This document shows, piece by piece, positions 18,021 through 28,633 of a stretch of 64,000 nt of DNA (positions are counted from its first letter, which is position 1; every line of letters starts with the position of its first letter). The translations under genes and the position numbers were made by a program. The notes below the pieces were generated by a model that saw only the letters and a list, made by a program, of their open reading frames with translations, did no database searches and was not told where the DNA came from. This stretch comes from Pseudomonas sp. (lineage in GTDB: Bacteria; Pseudomonadota; Gammaproteobacteria; Pseudomonadales; Pseudomonadaceae). The DNA is taken from assembly GCA_032067765.1 (NCBI GenBank), contig DAMBIX010000001.1, positions 536,592-600,591 of the forward strand, read 5' to 3'.

Positions 18021-18881
18021 ATGCAAGCCATTCGCTGTATCCTCGTGGTAATCGACCCCCGGCTGCCTGAAAACCTGGCATTGAAGCGAGCGCGTCTGAT
18101 CGCCAGCGCCAGACAGGCGCGACTGCATCTGCTGGTTTGCGATAGCAAACATGATCACAGCGATTACCTCACCAAGCTTCGCGCGGAACTGGAAGACCAG
18201 GGACATACAGTAGCCACGCATCAGGCTTGGCATGAAAATCTTCACCAGACGATTATCGCGGTGCAGCAGGCCGAAGGCTGTGGCCTGGTGATCAAGCAGC
18301 ACATCGCCGATAACCCGTTGAAGCGAGCATTGCTGACTCCGGACGACTGGAAGCTGTTGCGTTACTGCCCCTGCCCCGTGCTGATGACCAAGACCGAAGC
18401 CCCCTGGACCGGCGGTACGGTGCTTGCCGCTGTCGACGTGGGCAACGCGGACCTAGAACACCGAACGCTCCACGCCAGCATCATCAATCATGGCCACGGA
18501 ATCGCCTCGCTTGCCGAGGGTAGCCTGCACGTCATAAGCGCCCATCCTTCGGCGATGCTTTCAGCCGCAGACCCCGCCTTCCAGTTGAAAGAAACCATCG
18601 AGGCGCGCTATCGCGACGCCTGCAAACAATTCCAGGCCGAGTTCCAAATTCCGGATAGCCATCTACATATTGAAGAAGGTCCGGCAGATGCCCTGATTCC
18701 TCGGGTCTGCCATGAACTGCGAGCCGTCGTGACAGTCATCGGTACGGTAGCCCGTACTGGTTTTTCGGGCGCACTGATGGGCAATACGGCGGAGGTAGTG
18801 CTCGACGCCCTGGAGAGCGACGTTCTGGTGCTGAAACCGGATGGCATCGTCGAGCATCTGGAAAAGCTGGCACGCCGATAG
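18021..18881 (+). CDS. Universal stress protein with tandem USP domains (UspE-like)
   Basis: 286 aa with two USP-like halves; the second ends in the ATP-type motif GTVARTGFSGALMGNTAEVVL. Confidence 0.85.
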   Translation: MQAIRCILVVIDPRLPENLALKRARLIASARQARLHLLVCDSKHDHSDYLTKLRAELEDQGHTVATHQAWHENLHQTIIAVQQAEGCGLVIKQHIADNPLKRALLTPDDWKLLRYCPCPVLMTKTEAPWTGGTVLAAVDVGNADLEHRTLHASIINHGHGIASLAEGSLHVISAHPSAMLSAADPAFQLKETIEARYRDACKQFQAEFQIPDSHLHIEEGPADALIPRVCHELRAVVTVIGTVARTGFSGALMGNTAEVVLDALESDVLVLKPDGIVEHLEKLARR

Positions 18882-18942
18882 CCGGAATCGAGGCGCCTCG
18901 CGCTGGCGAAAAAACGACACGCGAAAGCTTTGGGCTGCCAGG

Positions 18943-19410
18943 CTAGCGGCTCGTCTCGCTCAGAAACCCTGGCGCGATATAGCGCTGATAATGCGCCACT
19001 GAAAGGAGAAAAAATTCCCGGTCGATGGCGTCACGAAGCTCGGGCAGGGACCAATCGCGGAACTCGGGGAGCAGCACGACGCCATAGGCGTCGAGCTGTT
19101 GGATCACTCGCGCACCCCGAGCGATCAGCTGATAAGCCCAGCAGTACGGCGACTGCTCGGCGGCGAAACGAATCTGTCGACTTTCCAACTGGCGGCGCAA
19201 CAGCTCCGCATCGAAGATTTCCAGTTTGGCAGCCATCACCTGCGCGAGCAGCACCTCCAGCCTACGCCAGACGGAGCGTTTACTGTCCTCGTCATAGGCA
19301 TTCCAACTGACTATTTCATGGTGGAAACGCTTGCACCCACGGCAGACGAGATCACCATAAACAGTGGAACAAAGGCCCACACAAGGGGTTTTGATGCGCT
19401 GATTGGACAT
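18943..19410 (-). CDS. DUF1289 (YdhL-like Cys-rich) domain protein
   Basis: N-terminal CVGLCSTVYGDLVCRGCKRF motif. Start at ATG 19410 (MSNQRIKTP...). Confidence 0.75.
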   Translation of the reverse strand: MSNQRIKTPCVGLCSTVYGDLVCRGCKRFHHEIVSWNAYDEDSKRSVWRRLEVLLAQVMAAKLEIFDAELLRRQLESRQIRFAAEQSPYCWAYQLIARGARVIQQLDAYGVVLLPEFRDWSLPELRDAIDREFFLLSVAHYQRYIAPGFLSETSR

Positions 19411-19586
19411 AACGGCGGCGGGTCGATGGACAGCGCCGCATCTTAGACTTTTGTCCAAGCCAGGTCACGGAAGAATCCACCCAAACGCCCTGCCCGCTGG
19501 CTGCACAGCCCACGCCGCGCGGCGCTCCAGCGCGCTTTCACGGCAGCCCGGCAGACGTGCCAGATTCTATCGCCACGGCGTTTCAC

Positions 19587-19615
19587 TTAACTTTATGGGC
19601 CCGTTCCAGTAGAAT
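19587..19615 (+). promoter_or_regulatory. Candidate sigma-70 promoter of acnB
   Basis: -35 TTAACT (19587-19592), 17-nt spacer, -10 TAGAAT (19610-19615). This implies a ~190-nt leader. Confidence 0.35.
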
Positions 19616-19620
19616 CGCTC

Positions 19621-19772
19621 CGCCGTTTTCGGCGCCACAATCCGTACGAAGCTGTTTTCAAAGCGTCACGAGCACAGTTCAACCGGTCATTCACCGGATG
19701 CGCAGATCCCTCTCTCCTGCGCATCCGGTACTTAACCGGCGTAAAACTTTGAAAACAGCTTCCGGATGCGCG
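19621..19772 (+). promoter_or_regulatory. Structured 5' leader of acnB with nested perfect inverted repeats
   Basis: Outer 15-bp stem AAGCTGTTTTCAAAG (19649-19663) / CTTTGAAAACAGCTT (19747-19761). Inner 13-bp stem ACCGGATGCGCAG (19693-19705) / CTGCGCATCCGGT (19717-19729). A third copy, CCGGATGCGC, sits at 19762-19771. Confidence 0.45.
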
Positions 19773-19813
19773 TCCCGAGACACCCAAGGGACCAATGATG
19801 AGGGTAAATAACT

Positions 19814-22423
19814 GTGCTTGAAGCCTATCGCAAACACGTAGAAGAGCGTGCCGCCCAGGGCGTCGTGCCCCAGCCGCTGAACGCCGAGCAGACCGCAGGC
19901 CTGGTCGAACTTCTGAAGAACCCGCCAGCTGGCGAAGAGCAATTCCTCCTCGATCTGATCACCAACCGCGTTCCGGCGGGCGTGGACGAAGCAGCCTACG
20001 TCAAGGCTGGCTTCCTCGCCGCCATCGCCAAGGGCGAAGCCACCTCGCCGCTGATCAGCAAGCCGCACGCCGTCGAACTGCTGGGCACCATGCAGGGCGG
20101 CTACAACATCGTCACGCTGGTCGATCTGCTGGACGATCCGGAACTGTCCGACACCACCGCAGCGCAGCTGAAGCACACCCTGCTGATGTTCGATGCGTTC
20201 CATGACGTCGCTGAAAAAGCCAAGGCCGGCAATGCCAACGCCAAGGCCGTTCTGCAGTCCTGGGCCGAAGGCGAGTGGTTCAAGAACCGCGCCCCAGTAG
20301 CTGAAAAAGTCACACTGACGGTATTCAAGGTCACCGGCGAAACCAACACCGACGACCTGTCGCCGGCGCCTGACGCCTGGTCGCGCCCGGACATCCCGCT
20401 GCACGCACTGGCCATGCTGAAAATGGCCCGCGACGGCATCACGCCTGACGTGCCTGGCTCCGTTGGCCCACTCAAGCAAATGGAAGAGCTGAAAACCAAA
20501 GGCTTCCCGGTTGCCTATGTCGGCGACGTGGTCGGTACCGGTTCGTCGCGCAAATCCGCCACCAACTCGGTGCTGTGGTTCTTCGGCGACGACATTCCGA
20601 ACGTACCGAACAAGCGTGCCGGCGGTTTCTGCTTCGGCACCAAAATCGCGCCGATCTTCTACAACACCATGGAAGACGCCGGCGCTCTGCCGATCGAGTT
20701 CGATTGCTCCGACCTGGCCATGGGCGACGTGATCGACGTCTACCCCTACAAGGGCGAAGTTCGCCGTCACGGCAGCGATGAGCTGGTCACAACTTTCCAG
20801 CTGAAAACCGACGTTCTGCTCGACGAGGTTCGCGCAGGCGGCCGTATCCCACTGATCATTGGTCGCGGCCTGACCGAAAAGGCCCGCGCGGAACTGGGCA
20901 TGGGTCCGTCCGATCTGTTCAAGAAGCCGGAAGCTCCAGCGGAAAGCAACAAGGGTTTCACCCTGGCGCAGAAAATGGTCGGTCGCGCCTGCGGTCTGCC
21001 GGAAGGCAAAGGCGTCCGTCCGGGCACCTACTGCGAGCCGAAGATGACCACCGTCGGCTCCCAGGACACCACCGGCCCGATGACCCGTGACGAACTGAAG
21101 GACCTGGCTTGCCTGGGCTTCTCCGCCGACCTGGTAATGCAGTCCTTCTGCCACACCGCGGCCTACCCGAAGCCGATCGACGTCACCACGCACCACACCC
21201 TGCCGGACTTCATCATGACCCGCGGCGGTGTTTCCCTGCGCCCGGGCGACGGCATCATCCATAGCTGGCTGAACCGCATGCTGTTGCCGGACACTGTCGG
21301 TACCGGCGGTGACTCGCACACCCGTTTCCCGATGGGCATCTCCTTCCCGGCCGGTTCCGGTCTGGTCGCCTTCGCCGCAGCCACCGGCGTGATGCCGCTG
21401 GACATGCCGGAGTCGGTACTGGTTCGCTTCAAGGGCAAGATGCAGCCTGGCATCACCTTGCGCGACCTGGTTCATGCGATCCCCTACTACGCCATTCAGA
21501 AAGGCCTGCTGACGGTCGAGAAGAAAGGCAAGAAGAATATCTTCTCTGGCCGCATTCTTGAGATCGAAGGGCTGAACGAGCTGACCGTCGAGCAAGCGTT
21601 CGAGCTGTCCGACGCCTCTGCCGAGCGCTCCGCTGCGGGTTGCACCATCAAGCTGCCGGAAACCGCGATTGCCGAGTATCTGCAGTCGAACATCACCTTG
21701 CTGCGCTGGATGATCAGCGAAGGCTACGGCGATGCGCGTACGCTGGAACGCCGCGCTCAGGCCATGGAAGCCTGGCTGGCCAAGCCGCAACTGCTGGCTG
21801 CCGATGCCGACGCCGAGTACGCCGAAGTCATCGAGATCGACCTGTCCGAAGTCACCGAGCCGGTTCTCTGCGCGCCGAACGACCCGGACGACGCACGTCT
21901 GCTGTCCAGCGTACAGGGCGAGAAGATCGATGAAGTGTTCATCGGATCGTGCATGACCAACATTGGTCACTTCCGCGCCGCCGGCAAGCTGCTGGACAAG
22001 GTCGAAGGCTCCCTGCCGACTCGTCTGTGGCTGTCACCGCCGACCAAGATGGACCAGCATCAGCTGACCGAGGAAGGTTACTACGGCATCTACGGCCGTG
22101 CTGGCGCACGCCTGGAAATGCCAGGTTGCTCGCTGTGCATGGGGAACCAGGCGCGGGTGGAAACCGGCTCGACAGTGGTCTCCACCTCGACCCGTAACTT
22201 CCCGAACCGCCTTGGCGACGCAACCAACGTGTACCTGGCTTCTGCGGAACTGGCAGCGGTCGCTTCGATTCTCGGCCGTCTGCCGACAGTTGAGGAATAC
22301 ATGGTCTACGCAGCACAGATCGACACCATGGCAGCGGACGTATACCGCTACCTGAGCTTCGATCAGATCGCCGAGTTCCGCGAGTCTGCGGCCAACGCCA
22401 AGATCGAGGTGGTTGCTGTTTGA
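19814..22423 (+). CDS. acnB: Aconitate hydratase B / 2-methylisocitrate dehydratase
   Basis: 869 aa with full-length AcnB similarity ([16 protein letters not shown]..., Fe-S ligand region IGSCMTN...CSLCMGNQA). GTG start with a GAGGG RBS. Confidence 0.95.
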   Translation: MLEAYRKHVEERAAQGVVPQPLNAEQTAGLVELLKNPPAGEEQFLLDLITNRVPAGVDEAAYVKAGFLAAIAKGEATSPLISKPHAVELLGTMQGGYNIVTLVDLLDDPELSDTTAAQLKHTLLMFDAFHDVAEKAKAGNANAKAVLQSWAEGEWFKNRAPVAEKVTLTVFKVTGETNTDDLSPAPDAWSRPDIPLHALAMLKMARDGITPDVPGSVGPLKQMEELKTKGFPVAYVGDVVGTGSSRKSATNSVLWFFGDDIPNVPNKRAGGFCFGTKIAPIFYNTMEDAGALPIEFDCSDLAMGDVIDVYPYKGEVRRHGSDELVTTFQLKTDVLLDEVRAGGRIPLIIGRGLTEKARAELGMGPSDLFKKPEAPAESNKGFTLAQKMVGRACGLPEGKGVRPGTYCEPKMTTVGSQDTTGPMTRDELKDLACLGFSADLVMQSFCHTAAYPKPIDVTTHHTLPDFIMTRGGVSLRPGDGIIHSWLNRMLLPDTVGTGGDSHTRFPMGISFPAGSGLVAFAAATGVMPLDMPESVLVRFKGKMQPGITLRDLVHAIPYYAIQKGLLTVEKKGKKNIFSGRILEIEGLNELTVEQAFELSDASAERSAAGCTIKLPETAIAEYLQSNITLLRWMISEGYGDARTLERRAQAMEAWLAKPQLLAADADAEYAEVIEIDLSEVTEPVLCAPNDPDDARLLSSVQGEKIDEVFIGSCMTNIGHFRAAGKLLDKVEGSLPTRLWLSPPTKMDQHQLTEEGYYGIYGRAGARLEMPGCSLCMGNQARVETGSTVVSTSTRNFPNRLGDATNVYLASAELAAVASILGRLPTVEEYMVYAAQIDTMAADVYRYLSFDQIAEFRESAANAKIEVVAV

Positions 22424-22501
22424 TGCTTTAACGCTCCAATGACGACGCCCGCTTCGCAGACTGTGTAAGAACAGTCTGGACGATGCAGTGATAGGCGAAG
22501 C

Positions 22502-22533
22502 AACGCCCCGACTGGTTCGGGGCGTTTGCTTTT
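22502..22533 (+). terminator. Rho-independent terminator of acnB
   Basis: AACGCCCCG-actggtt-CGGGGCGTT followed by TGCTTTTG. A second 8-bp hairpin lies at 22457-22478. Confidence 0.8.
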
Positions 22534-22535
22534 GC

Positions 22536-22743
22536 GGACCGCCATACAACTGCCGACACACCTATGCGACAATAGCCGCCCTGTCCGGCATGAAACCCCG
22601 CATTTTTATCCCAACAGCTCGGCCCTGGTGCTCGAATGCTGCTGGCAACGTATACCCGCTGGAACAAACTCGACTCCGATTTGAAATGCAGAAGTGGCAT
22701 TGCTCGCCAATTCAGCGGCATCCAGCAAGCCCTAAGTTATTGA
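22536..22743 (+). pseudogene. 3'-terminal remnant (~68 codons) of a tyrosine recombinase (phage-type integrase) gene, frameshifted
   Basis: ...PPYNCRHTYATIAALSGMKP runs in one frame. After an extra C in the C-run at 22596-22599 the reading continues as AFLSQQLGPGARMLLATYTRWNKL... to the TGA at 22741. The RHT box and the catalytic-Tyr region are present, but the whole N-terminal ~80% is absent. Confidence 0.6.
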
Positions 22744-22755
22744 TAGGTAAACCCT

Positions 22756-24342
22756 TTGATCTCCACCGCTAATATAACCATGCAGTTTGGCGCTAAACCT
22801 CTGTTCGAGAACGTTTCCGTCAAGTTCGGCAACGGCAATCGCTACGGCCTGATCGGCGCCAACGGCTGCGGCAAGTCGACTTTCATGAAGATTCTCGGTG
22901 GCGATCTGGAGCCATCCGCCGGCCAGGTCATGCTCGAACCCAACGTGCGTCTGGGTAAGCTGCGCCAGGATCAGTTCGCCTACGAGGACTTCAATGTCAT
23001 CGACGCGGTGATCATGGGCCATGAGGAGCTATGGAAGGTCAAGGCTGAGCGCGAGCGCATCTACGCTCTGCCGGAAATGAGCGAGGAAGACGGCATGGCC
23101 GTCGCCGAGCTGGAAACCGAATTCGCCGAAATGGACGGCTACACCGCCGAGTCCCGCGCTGGCGAGCTGCTGCTGGGCCTGGGTATCCCGCTCGAGCAGC
23201 ACTTCGGGCCGATGAGCGAGGTGGCGCCGGGCTGGAAACTGCGCGTGCTACTGGCACAAGCGCTGTTCTCCGATCCGGAAGTGCTGCTGCTCGACGAACC
23301 GACCAACCACCTGGACATCAATACCATTCGCTGGCTGGAAAACATCCTCACGGCGCGTAACAGCACCATGATCATCATTTCCCACGACCGGCACTTCCTC
23401 AACAGCGTATGCACGCACATGGCCGACCTCGACTATGGCGAGCTGCGGCTGTTCCCCGGCAACTACGACGAGTACATGACCGCGGCGACCCAGTCCCGCG
23501 AGCAACTGCTGGCCGACAACGCCAAGAAGAAGGCGCAGATTGCCGAGCTGCAGACTTTCGTCAGCCGCTTCTCGGCCAACGCGTCGAAAGCCAAGCAGGC
23601 GACCTCACGCGCCAAGCAGATCGACAAAATCCAGCTCGCCGAGGTCAAACCGTCGAGCCGTGTCAGCCCGTTCATCCGTTTCGAGCAGACCAAGAAGCTG
23701 CATCGTCAGGCCGTGACCGTGGAGAGCATGGCCAAGGGTTTCGATGGCAAGACGCTGTTCAAGAACTTCAGCTTCACCGTAGAAGCCGGTGAGCGGGTCG
23801 CGATCATCGGACCCAACGGTATTGGCAAAACCACCCTGCTGCGCACCTTGGTCGGCGAACTGCAGCCAGATACAGGCACAGTGAAATGGACCGAAAGCGC
23901 CGATCTTGGCTATTACGCTCAGGATCATGCCGATGACTTCGAAGACGACGTGTCGCTGTTCGACTGGATGGGGCAGTGGACGCAGGGCGGAGAACAGGTA
24001 GTGCGCGGCACGCTCGGTCGCATGCTGTTTTCCAACGACGAGATCCTCAAGTCGGTACGGGTGATTTCCGGTGGCGAACAGGGCCGCATGCTGTTCGGCA
24101 AGCTGATCCTGAAAAAGCCCAACGTCTTGGTGATGGACGAACCGACCAACCACCTGGACATGGAATCCATCGAGGCGCTGAACCTGGCGCTGGAGAACTA
24201 CCCGGGCACGCTGATCTTCGTCAGCCATGACCGCGAATTCGTCGGCTCGCTGGCGACGCGCATCATCGAACTGTCAGACTCGGGCGTAACCGACTTCAGC
24301 GGCACCTATGACGACTACCTGCGCAGCCTTGGCGTGATCTAA
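22756..24342 (+). CDS. ybiT: ABC-F family ATPase (YbiT-like, two ABC domains, no TM domain)
   Basis: 528 aa, collinear with E. coli YbiT from the N-terminus ([53 protein letters not shown]...). Apparent TTG start. Confidence 0.9.
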   Translation: MISTANITMQFGAKPLFENVSVKFGNGNRYGLIGANGCGKSTFMKILGGDLEPSAGQVMLEPNVRLGKLRQDQFAYEDFNVIDAVIMGHEELWKVKAERERIYALPEMSEEDGMAVAELETEFAEMDGYTAESRAGELLLGLGIPLEQHFGPMSEVAPGWKLRVLLAQALFSDPEVLLLDEPTNHLDINTIRWLENILTARNSTMIIISHDRHFLNSVCTHMADLDYGELRLFPGNYDEYMTAATQSREQLLADNAKKKAQIAELQTFVSRFSANASKAKQATSRAKQIDKIQLAEVKPSSRVSPFIRFEQTKKLHRQAVTVESMAKGFDGKTLFKNFSFTVEAGERVAIIGPNGIGKTTLLRTLVGELQPDTGTVKWTESADLGYYAQDHADDFEDDVSLFDWMGQWTQGGEQVVRGTLGRMLFSNDEILKSVRVISGGEQGRMLFGKLILKKPNVLVMDEPTNHLDMESIEALNLALENYPGTLIFVSHDREFVGSLATRIIELSDSGVTDFSGTYDDYLRSLGVI

Positions 24343-24344
24343 GG

Positions 24345-24626
24345 ATCGTAGGCCACGAAAACGCCCTCAATGAACCGATCCGGAATGTGAACGGTTAAGC
24401 TCGAGGGCTCGAGGGCCTGGGTTCGGTATGCACCGAACTCAGGCCTTTTTGTTTCGGCCTGATGCGCTGTTGATCGTAGTTGTCGATGTAACCTCGTATA
24501 CCGGCTTTGGTGTTCAAGCTTGAAGCGGTTCAGGTAAAACTCACCCTTTAGAGTGCCGAAGAAGCTCTCCATAGCACTGTCTTGTGGCGTATCTACACGT
24601 CTGCCAGCGGTTCGAGCCTGGACAGC
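24345..24626 (-). mobile_element. Degenerate 3' remnant of an IS3-family transposase (orfB) gene
   Basis: The minus strand encodes ...GRRVDTPQDSAMESFFGTLKGEFY.... After frameshifts it continues GYIDNYDQQRIRPKQKGLS and then AYRTQALE, which are typical IS3 OrfB C-terminal blocks. No orfA and no DDE core remain. Confidence 0.6.
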
Positions 24627-24682
24627 TCACCTGCTAAAAGGCCTTCGGTCAGGCTAGCGCGCTGGAGCCTCTTGAAAACGCT

Positions 24683-25384
24683 TTATCCGCTTCCAGTGGG
24701 TAATTGCACTAGCAGCCCATGCATCTGTTGGAAATACAGATGATCCAGCCACACCACCTGATGTGCCGTGATGATCAGCCAGAACACCAACTGAAATGAG
24801 CGTTTGCGAGTCTTGTGCCGGAACAATTGCTGCGCCAGCAACGCGCCTGGCCAGCCGCCGAGCAGTTCGATCAGATGCAAACGCGCCTCCGGGATACGCG
24901 AACCGCTGCGCATGGCGCTGCGCTTGTCACGCCAGTACAAACCGAAGACCAGTAGACTCGCCAGTACGTAAGCGAGCAGCGGCCAGTGCATGCCCTGCTG
25001 TGCCAACCCAATGGTGCCAAACGCCGGCGGCAGGCAAAGCAGTACGAGAATGAATATCTTCAGCTGCGGCTGGCGAAGGGGACCGTCACGCCGAGCAGGC
25101 GATTCACGGCCTTCACGCCGCGCCCTTGGCTTGCTCCCCGCTGAGGGTTTGCGGGAAACGGCCGAGGCATCGATGGACAGCGCATCCAGACGGATGTGCG
25201 CGGCACGCAAGCGCCCACCCTTGTCACGATCGGCCACGTACAGTACTGGATCGCCTGGTGCCGGCCGACGAGCGCCGCGCATGGCCGAAATATGCGCGAA
25301 GATCTCTTCACCGCCCTGCTCGGGCCGGATGAAACGGAATCCCTTTTGATCGTTCCAGCTTTTCAGCTGACCACGTAATTCCAT
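24683..25384 (-). CDS. Cold-shock domain protein fused to a DUF1294 membrane domain
   Basis: N-terminal CSD (MELRGQLKSWNDQKGFRFIRPEQGGEEIFAHISA), a basic linker, and C-terminal TM helices with a DUF1294-like LYWRDKRSAMRSGSRIPE motif. Confidence 0.8.
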   Translation of the reverse strand: MELRGQLKSWNDQKGFRFIRPEQGGEEIFAHISAMRGARRPAPGDPVLYVADRDKGGRLRAAHIRLDALSIDASAVSRKPSAGSKPRARREGRESPARRDGPLRQPQLKIFILVLLCLPPAFGTIGLAQQGMHWPLLAYVLASLLVFGLYWRDKRSAMRSGSRIPEARLHLIELLGGWPGALLAQQLFRHKTRKRSFQLVFWLIITAHQVVWLDHLYFQQMHGLLVQLPTGSG

Positions 25385-25505
25385 GATGAAGGGACTCGCT
25401 GGCAAACCCGGCACTCTATTCGGCAGTGCTGAAACGGCAACCATGACCGGTAGCAGCACGTGATCCCATACGCTCGTGGACTTCTTCGCCAGCATTCATC
25501 GCGCT

Positions 25506-26336
25506 TCAGCCCGCGGCGGTACTCCAGTCGATCAGGCTGAACTGCCAAGTCGCCAGGATAATGATGCCGAAAATGATCCGATACCAAGCGAACGCCGCGT
25601 AGCTATGATTGCCGATGAACTTCAGCAAGGCGCGCACTGCCAGCATCGCGAAGATGAACGAGGTGACGAAACCGATTGCGAACACCGGTAAGTCGACGGG
25701 CTGGAACAGGTCACGGTATTTGTAGCCCGAGTAGACCGCGGCACCAACCATCGTTGGCATTGCCAGAAAGAAGGAGAACTCTGTGGCCGCCTTACGAGAC
25801 AGTCCGAACAACAGTCCACCAATGATGGTCGCGCCGGAACGTGACGTTCCCGGAATGAGCGCCAGACACTGAGCGAAGCCAACCTTGAGCGCATGAGTCC
25901 AGCGCATGTCGTCGACGGTTTCTGCCTGGACTTCATGCTGGCGTTTTTCAGCCCAGAGCATGACCACGCCACCGATAACCAGGGCAGTCGCCACAGTGAT
26001 CGGGTTGAACAAATATTCGTGAATCAGATCCGCAAAGGTTACGCCCAGCACGACAGCTGGCAAGAAAGCTACCAGGAGATTAGCCGTGAACCTCTGCGCC
26101 TGTTGCTCCTTGGGCAGCCCAACCACCACGTCGAAAATCTTGCGCCGATACTCCCAGACCACGGCCAGGATCGCGCCGAGCTGAATGATGATGTTGAAGG
26201 CCAGCGCCCGCTCGCCGCCAAACCCGATCAGATCGGCGACGATGATCTGGTGCCCGGTGCTGGAGATCGGCAGAAATTCCGTGATGCCCTCGACCACGCC
26301 TAGAAGCAATGCCTGAAAGGCGATCCAAAAATCCAT
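25506..26336 (-). CDS. uppP: Undecaprenyl-diphosphate phosphatase
   Basis: 276 aa; [17 protein letters not shown] and [10 protein letters not shown] motifs. Confidence 0.95.
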   Translation of the reverse strand: MDFWIAFQALLLGVVEGITEFLPISSTGHQIIVADLIGFGGERALAFNIIIQLGAILAVVWEYRRKIFDVVVGLPKEQQAQRFTANLLVAFLPAVVLGVTFADLIHEYLFNPITVATALVIGGVVMLWAEKRQHEVQAETVDDMRWTHALKVGFAQCLALIPGTSRSGATIIGGLLFGLSRKAATEFSFFLAMPTMVGAAVYSGYKYRDLFQPVDLPVFAIGFVTSFIFAMLAVRALLKFIGNHSYAAFAWYRIIFGIIILATWQFSLIDWSTAAG

Positions 26337-26622
26337 CTAATCCCCAATAGCGGCGCAGACCACCGCACGTAATATGCAACCAAGGTATATGTCAGATAGC
26401 CACTTGGGCGCTGTTCTGACTCACTTGCGACCAGTAAATTCCATGAGTCGACACGGTCGTACTCATCTTTTTCCCGGCGCAGCCGAAAAGCTATTCGACG
26501 GTCCAGCAAAACAACTACTGCCGGAGCGGAACTGATCAAGGCAGATCTTGACGCCCTGCCCCACCGCGAGCCGCCGTACCAATAATAATCAAGATAAAGC
26601 ATCAACAGGAGCTCACAAGCCA

Positions 26623-28257
26623 ATGAATCTGCTGCGTAATTTCCCGATCAGTAAACGCCTCTGGTTGATCCCGATGGTAGCGGTCACCATGCTATTCGTG
26701 CTTGGCCTATTGATGATCCAGCAGGTGCGGACCGACCTGTACAAGGGCAAGCAGGTCATGACGCAGAACATCGTCGAGACAGCGGCAGGTGTTCTCGATT
26801 ACTACCAGCAGCTAGAGACAAGTGGTTCCTTGAGCACTGCCGAGGCGCAGAAGGCGGCAATGGACCAGATTCGCCTGCTCCGTTATGGACAGAACGACTA
26901 TTTCTGGATCAATGACATGAACCCGACAATGCTCATGCATCCCATGAAGCCGGAGTTGGAAGGCCAGGACCTTTCCAAGACCAAGGATCCGAACGGTAAA
27001 GAGCTGTTCAACGAGATGGTCAGGGTTGCGCGGCTTCAGGGTGCAGGTCTGGTGGACTATCAATGGGCGAAGCCGGGAGAGAAAAATCCCGTACCGAAAA
27101 TTTCCTATGTCGAACTGTTCAAACCCTGGGGCTGGATCATCGGCTCGGGCATCTATGTCGACGACGTGGAGGCGGAATTTCAGAGTTACGTGGTGCGCTT
27201 CTCGGGCATCGGCCTGGCTATCGCTTCGCTGATGGCCATGCTGGTCGCCATTCTCATTCGCAGCATCACCCGGCCGCTGCGCCATTCCATGCAGGCCATG
27301 GCCAATATAGCCAGCGGCGAGGCCGACCTTACCCGCAACCTCGACGTCTCGGGAAATGACGAGCTGACAACCCTGAGCCGCGACTTCAACACTTTTATTC
27401 AGAAGCTCCGCACGGTCATCGCTCAGCTGTTCGAAACCTCCGGCTCGCTGGAAAGGTCATCCACCGCTCTCGGCGGGCTAGCCGGCCAGGCGCACCAACA
27501 AAGCCAGCAGCAGTCGCAGCAAATGGAACTGGTTGCCACTGCGGTCCACGAGGTGACCTATGCGGTGCAGGAGGTGGCAAAGAATGCCGAGCATGCGTCG
27601 AACGAAGTCGGCGACGCGGAAAAGCAGGCTGGGTTGGGGCAGCGCAATATTGAAGCCAGCCTGCAGCAAATCGATCAGCTCTCGACCACCATCAACGAGG
27701 CTGTCGGGGTAATTCAATCGCTGGCCGAGGAGACGACGAAGATTGGCTCGGTCCTCGAAGTCATCGGGTCGATTGCTGACCAGACCAACCTCCTCGCCCT
27801 GAATGCTGCGATCGAAGCTGCACGCGCCGGCGAGCAGGGCCGCGGCTTTGCCGTTGTGGCTGACGAGGTTCGTCTGCTGGCACAGCGCACCCAGACTTCA
27901 ACCGCGGAAATCCACACGATGATCGAACGCCTGCAGAAAAATTCGGGCGCGGCGGTCACCGTCATCATGGAAAGCAGCCGAGCATCTCAGGCCACCATCG
28001 AGCAGGCCAGCCAGGCCGGTGACAGCCTCGCCCAGATCGCCCAGGCACTGCGCAATTTGTCGGCTCTGAACGCCTCGATTGCCAGCGCTACGCTGCAACA
28101 GACCCATGTCGTCGAAGACATCAATCAGAACGTCACTCAAGCGGCCGGATTCGCACAGGAAAGCACCCTGGCCGCCGAGCAATCGAGCGTAGCAGGCAAG
28201 CAGCTGGGCGAGCTGGCCGAGCAGTTGAATCGCCTGCTCAAGCAGTTCAAGGTCTAG
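26623..28257 (+). CDS. Methyl-accepting chemotaxis protein with a single-Cache-type periplasmic sensor and HAMP domain
   Basis: TM1 is followed by a ~190-aa periplasmic domain (NDYFWINDM...[13 protein letters not shown]), TM2, HAMP, and the conserved signalling hairpin ([33 protein letters not shown]). ATG at 26623 with an AGGAG RBS. Confidence 0.9.
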   Translation: MNLLRNFPISKRLWLIPMVAVTMLFVLGLLMIQQVRTDLYKGKQVMTQNIVETAAGVLDYYQQLETSGSLSTAEAQKAAMDQIRLLRYGQNDYFWINDMNPTMLMHPMKPELEGQDLSKTKDPNGKELFNEMVRVARLQGAGLVDYQWAKPGEKNPVPKISYVELFKPWGWIIGSGIYVDDVEAEFQSYVVRFSGIGLAIASLMAMLVAILIRSITRPLRHSMQAMANIASGEADLTRNLDVSGNDELTTLSRDFNTFIQKLRTVIAQLFETSGSLERSSTALGGLAGQAHQQSQQQSQQMELVATAVHEVTYAVQEVAKNAEHASNEVGDAEKQAGLGQRNIEASLQQIDQLSTTINEAVGVIQSLAEETTKIGSVLEVIGSIADQTNLLALNAAIEAARAGEQGRGFAVVADEVRLLAQRTQTSTAEIHTMIERLQKNSGAAVTVIMESSRASQATIEQASQAGDSLAQIAQALRNLSALNASIASATLQQTHVVEDINQNVTQAAGFAQESTLAAEQSSVAGKQLGELAEQLNRLLKQFKV

Positions 28258-28296
28258 CCAGTCCAGGGGCGCTAGCGACCTATTTTGTATACAATC

Positions 28297-28329
28297 GGCC
28301 AGTTACCATGCGAACTGGCCGTTTTATTT
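28297..28329 (+). terminator. Rho-independent terminator of the MCP gene
   Basis: CGGCCAGTT-accatgcg-AACTGGCCG followed by TTTTATTT. Confidence 0.75.
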
Positions 28330-28633
28330 CATCAGGCGGTTGCGGCTTTTCGCCACAGCCGGACCGGCTCGAGCGATGAATAAAACCGGAACCAAGAGGT
28401 CCCTAATGGCCGGGAACCCAGGTAAACAAAGGCGTTCAGCTCACGATTAATCCGAACTTCCCATACGCAACTAACCCTATACTTTCGGCTAATTGCAAAA
28501 ATCCCAGGCAATCACGAACTCTCCATGTGACTTATCAGTCCTCTGTGTACATCAATGATATGTAAGGCCAACGCCGGCAGCCTGGCGGCAGGCTCAATCC
28601 CGATCTTGGTTATCACACAGAGAGACATGCCCC

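Noticed and set aside
19691-21970. 759-aa ORF on the minus strand
   Set aside because: It lies entirely antisense to acnB, which is unambiguous. Long stop-free antisense frames are normal in high-GC DNA, and the translation is low-complexity (rich in Arg, Gly, Ala and Val) with no motif.
28285-28294. Perfect 10-bp palindrome TTGTATACAA between the MCP stop and its terminator, and similarly GTACAAGTTGTAC at 15783-15795
   Set aside because: Palindromes with 5-6-bp arms are expected dozens of times by chance in 64 kb, and nothing in the context supports a function.
28330-28633. AT-richer 300-bp spacer upstream of the small-paralogue cluster, including a 24-codon ATG ORF at about 28376
   Set aside because: There is no RBS, terminator or repeat structure to support an sRNA or peptide gene. 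It is treated as a promoter or spacer region.
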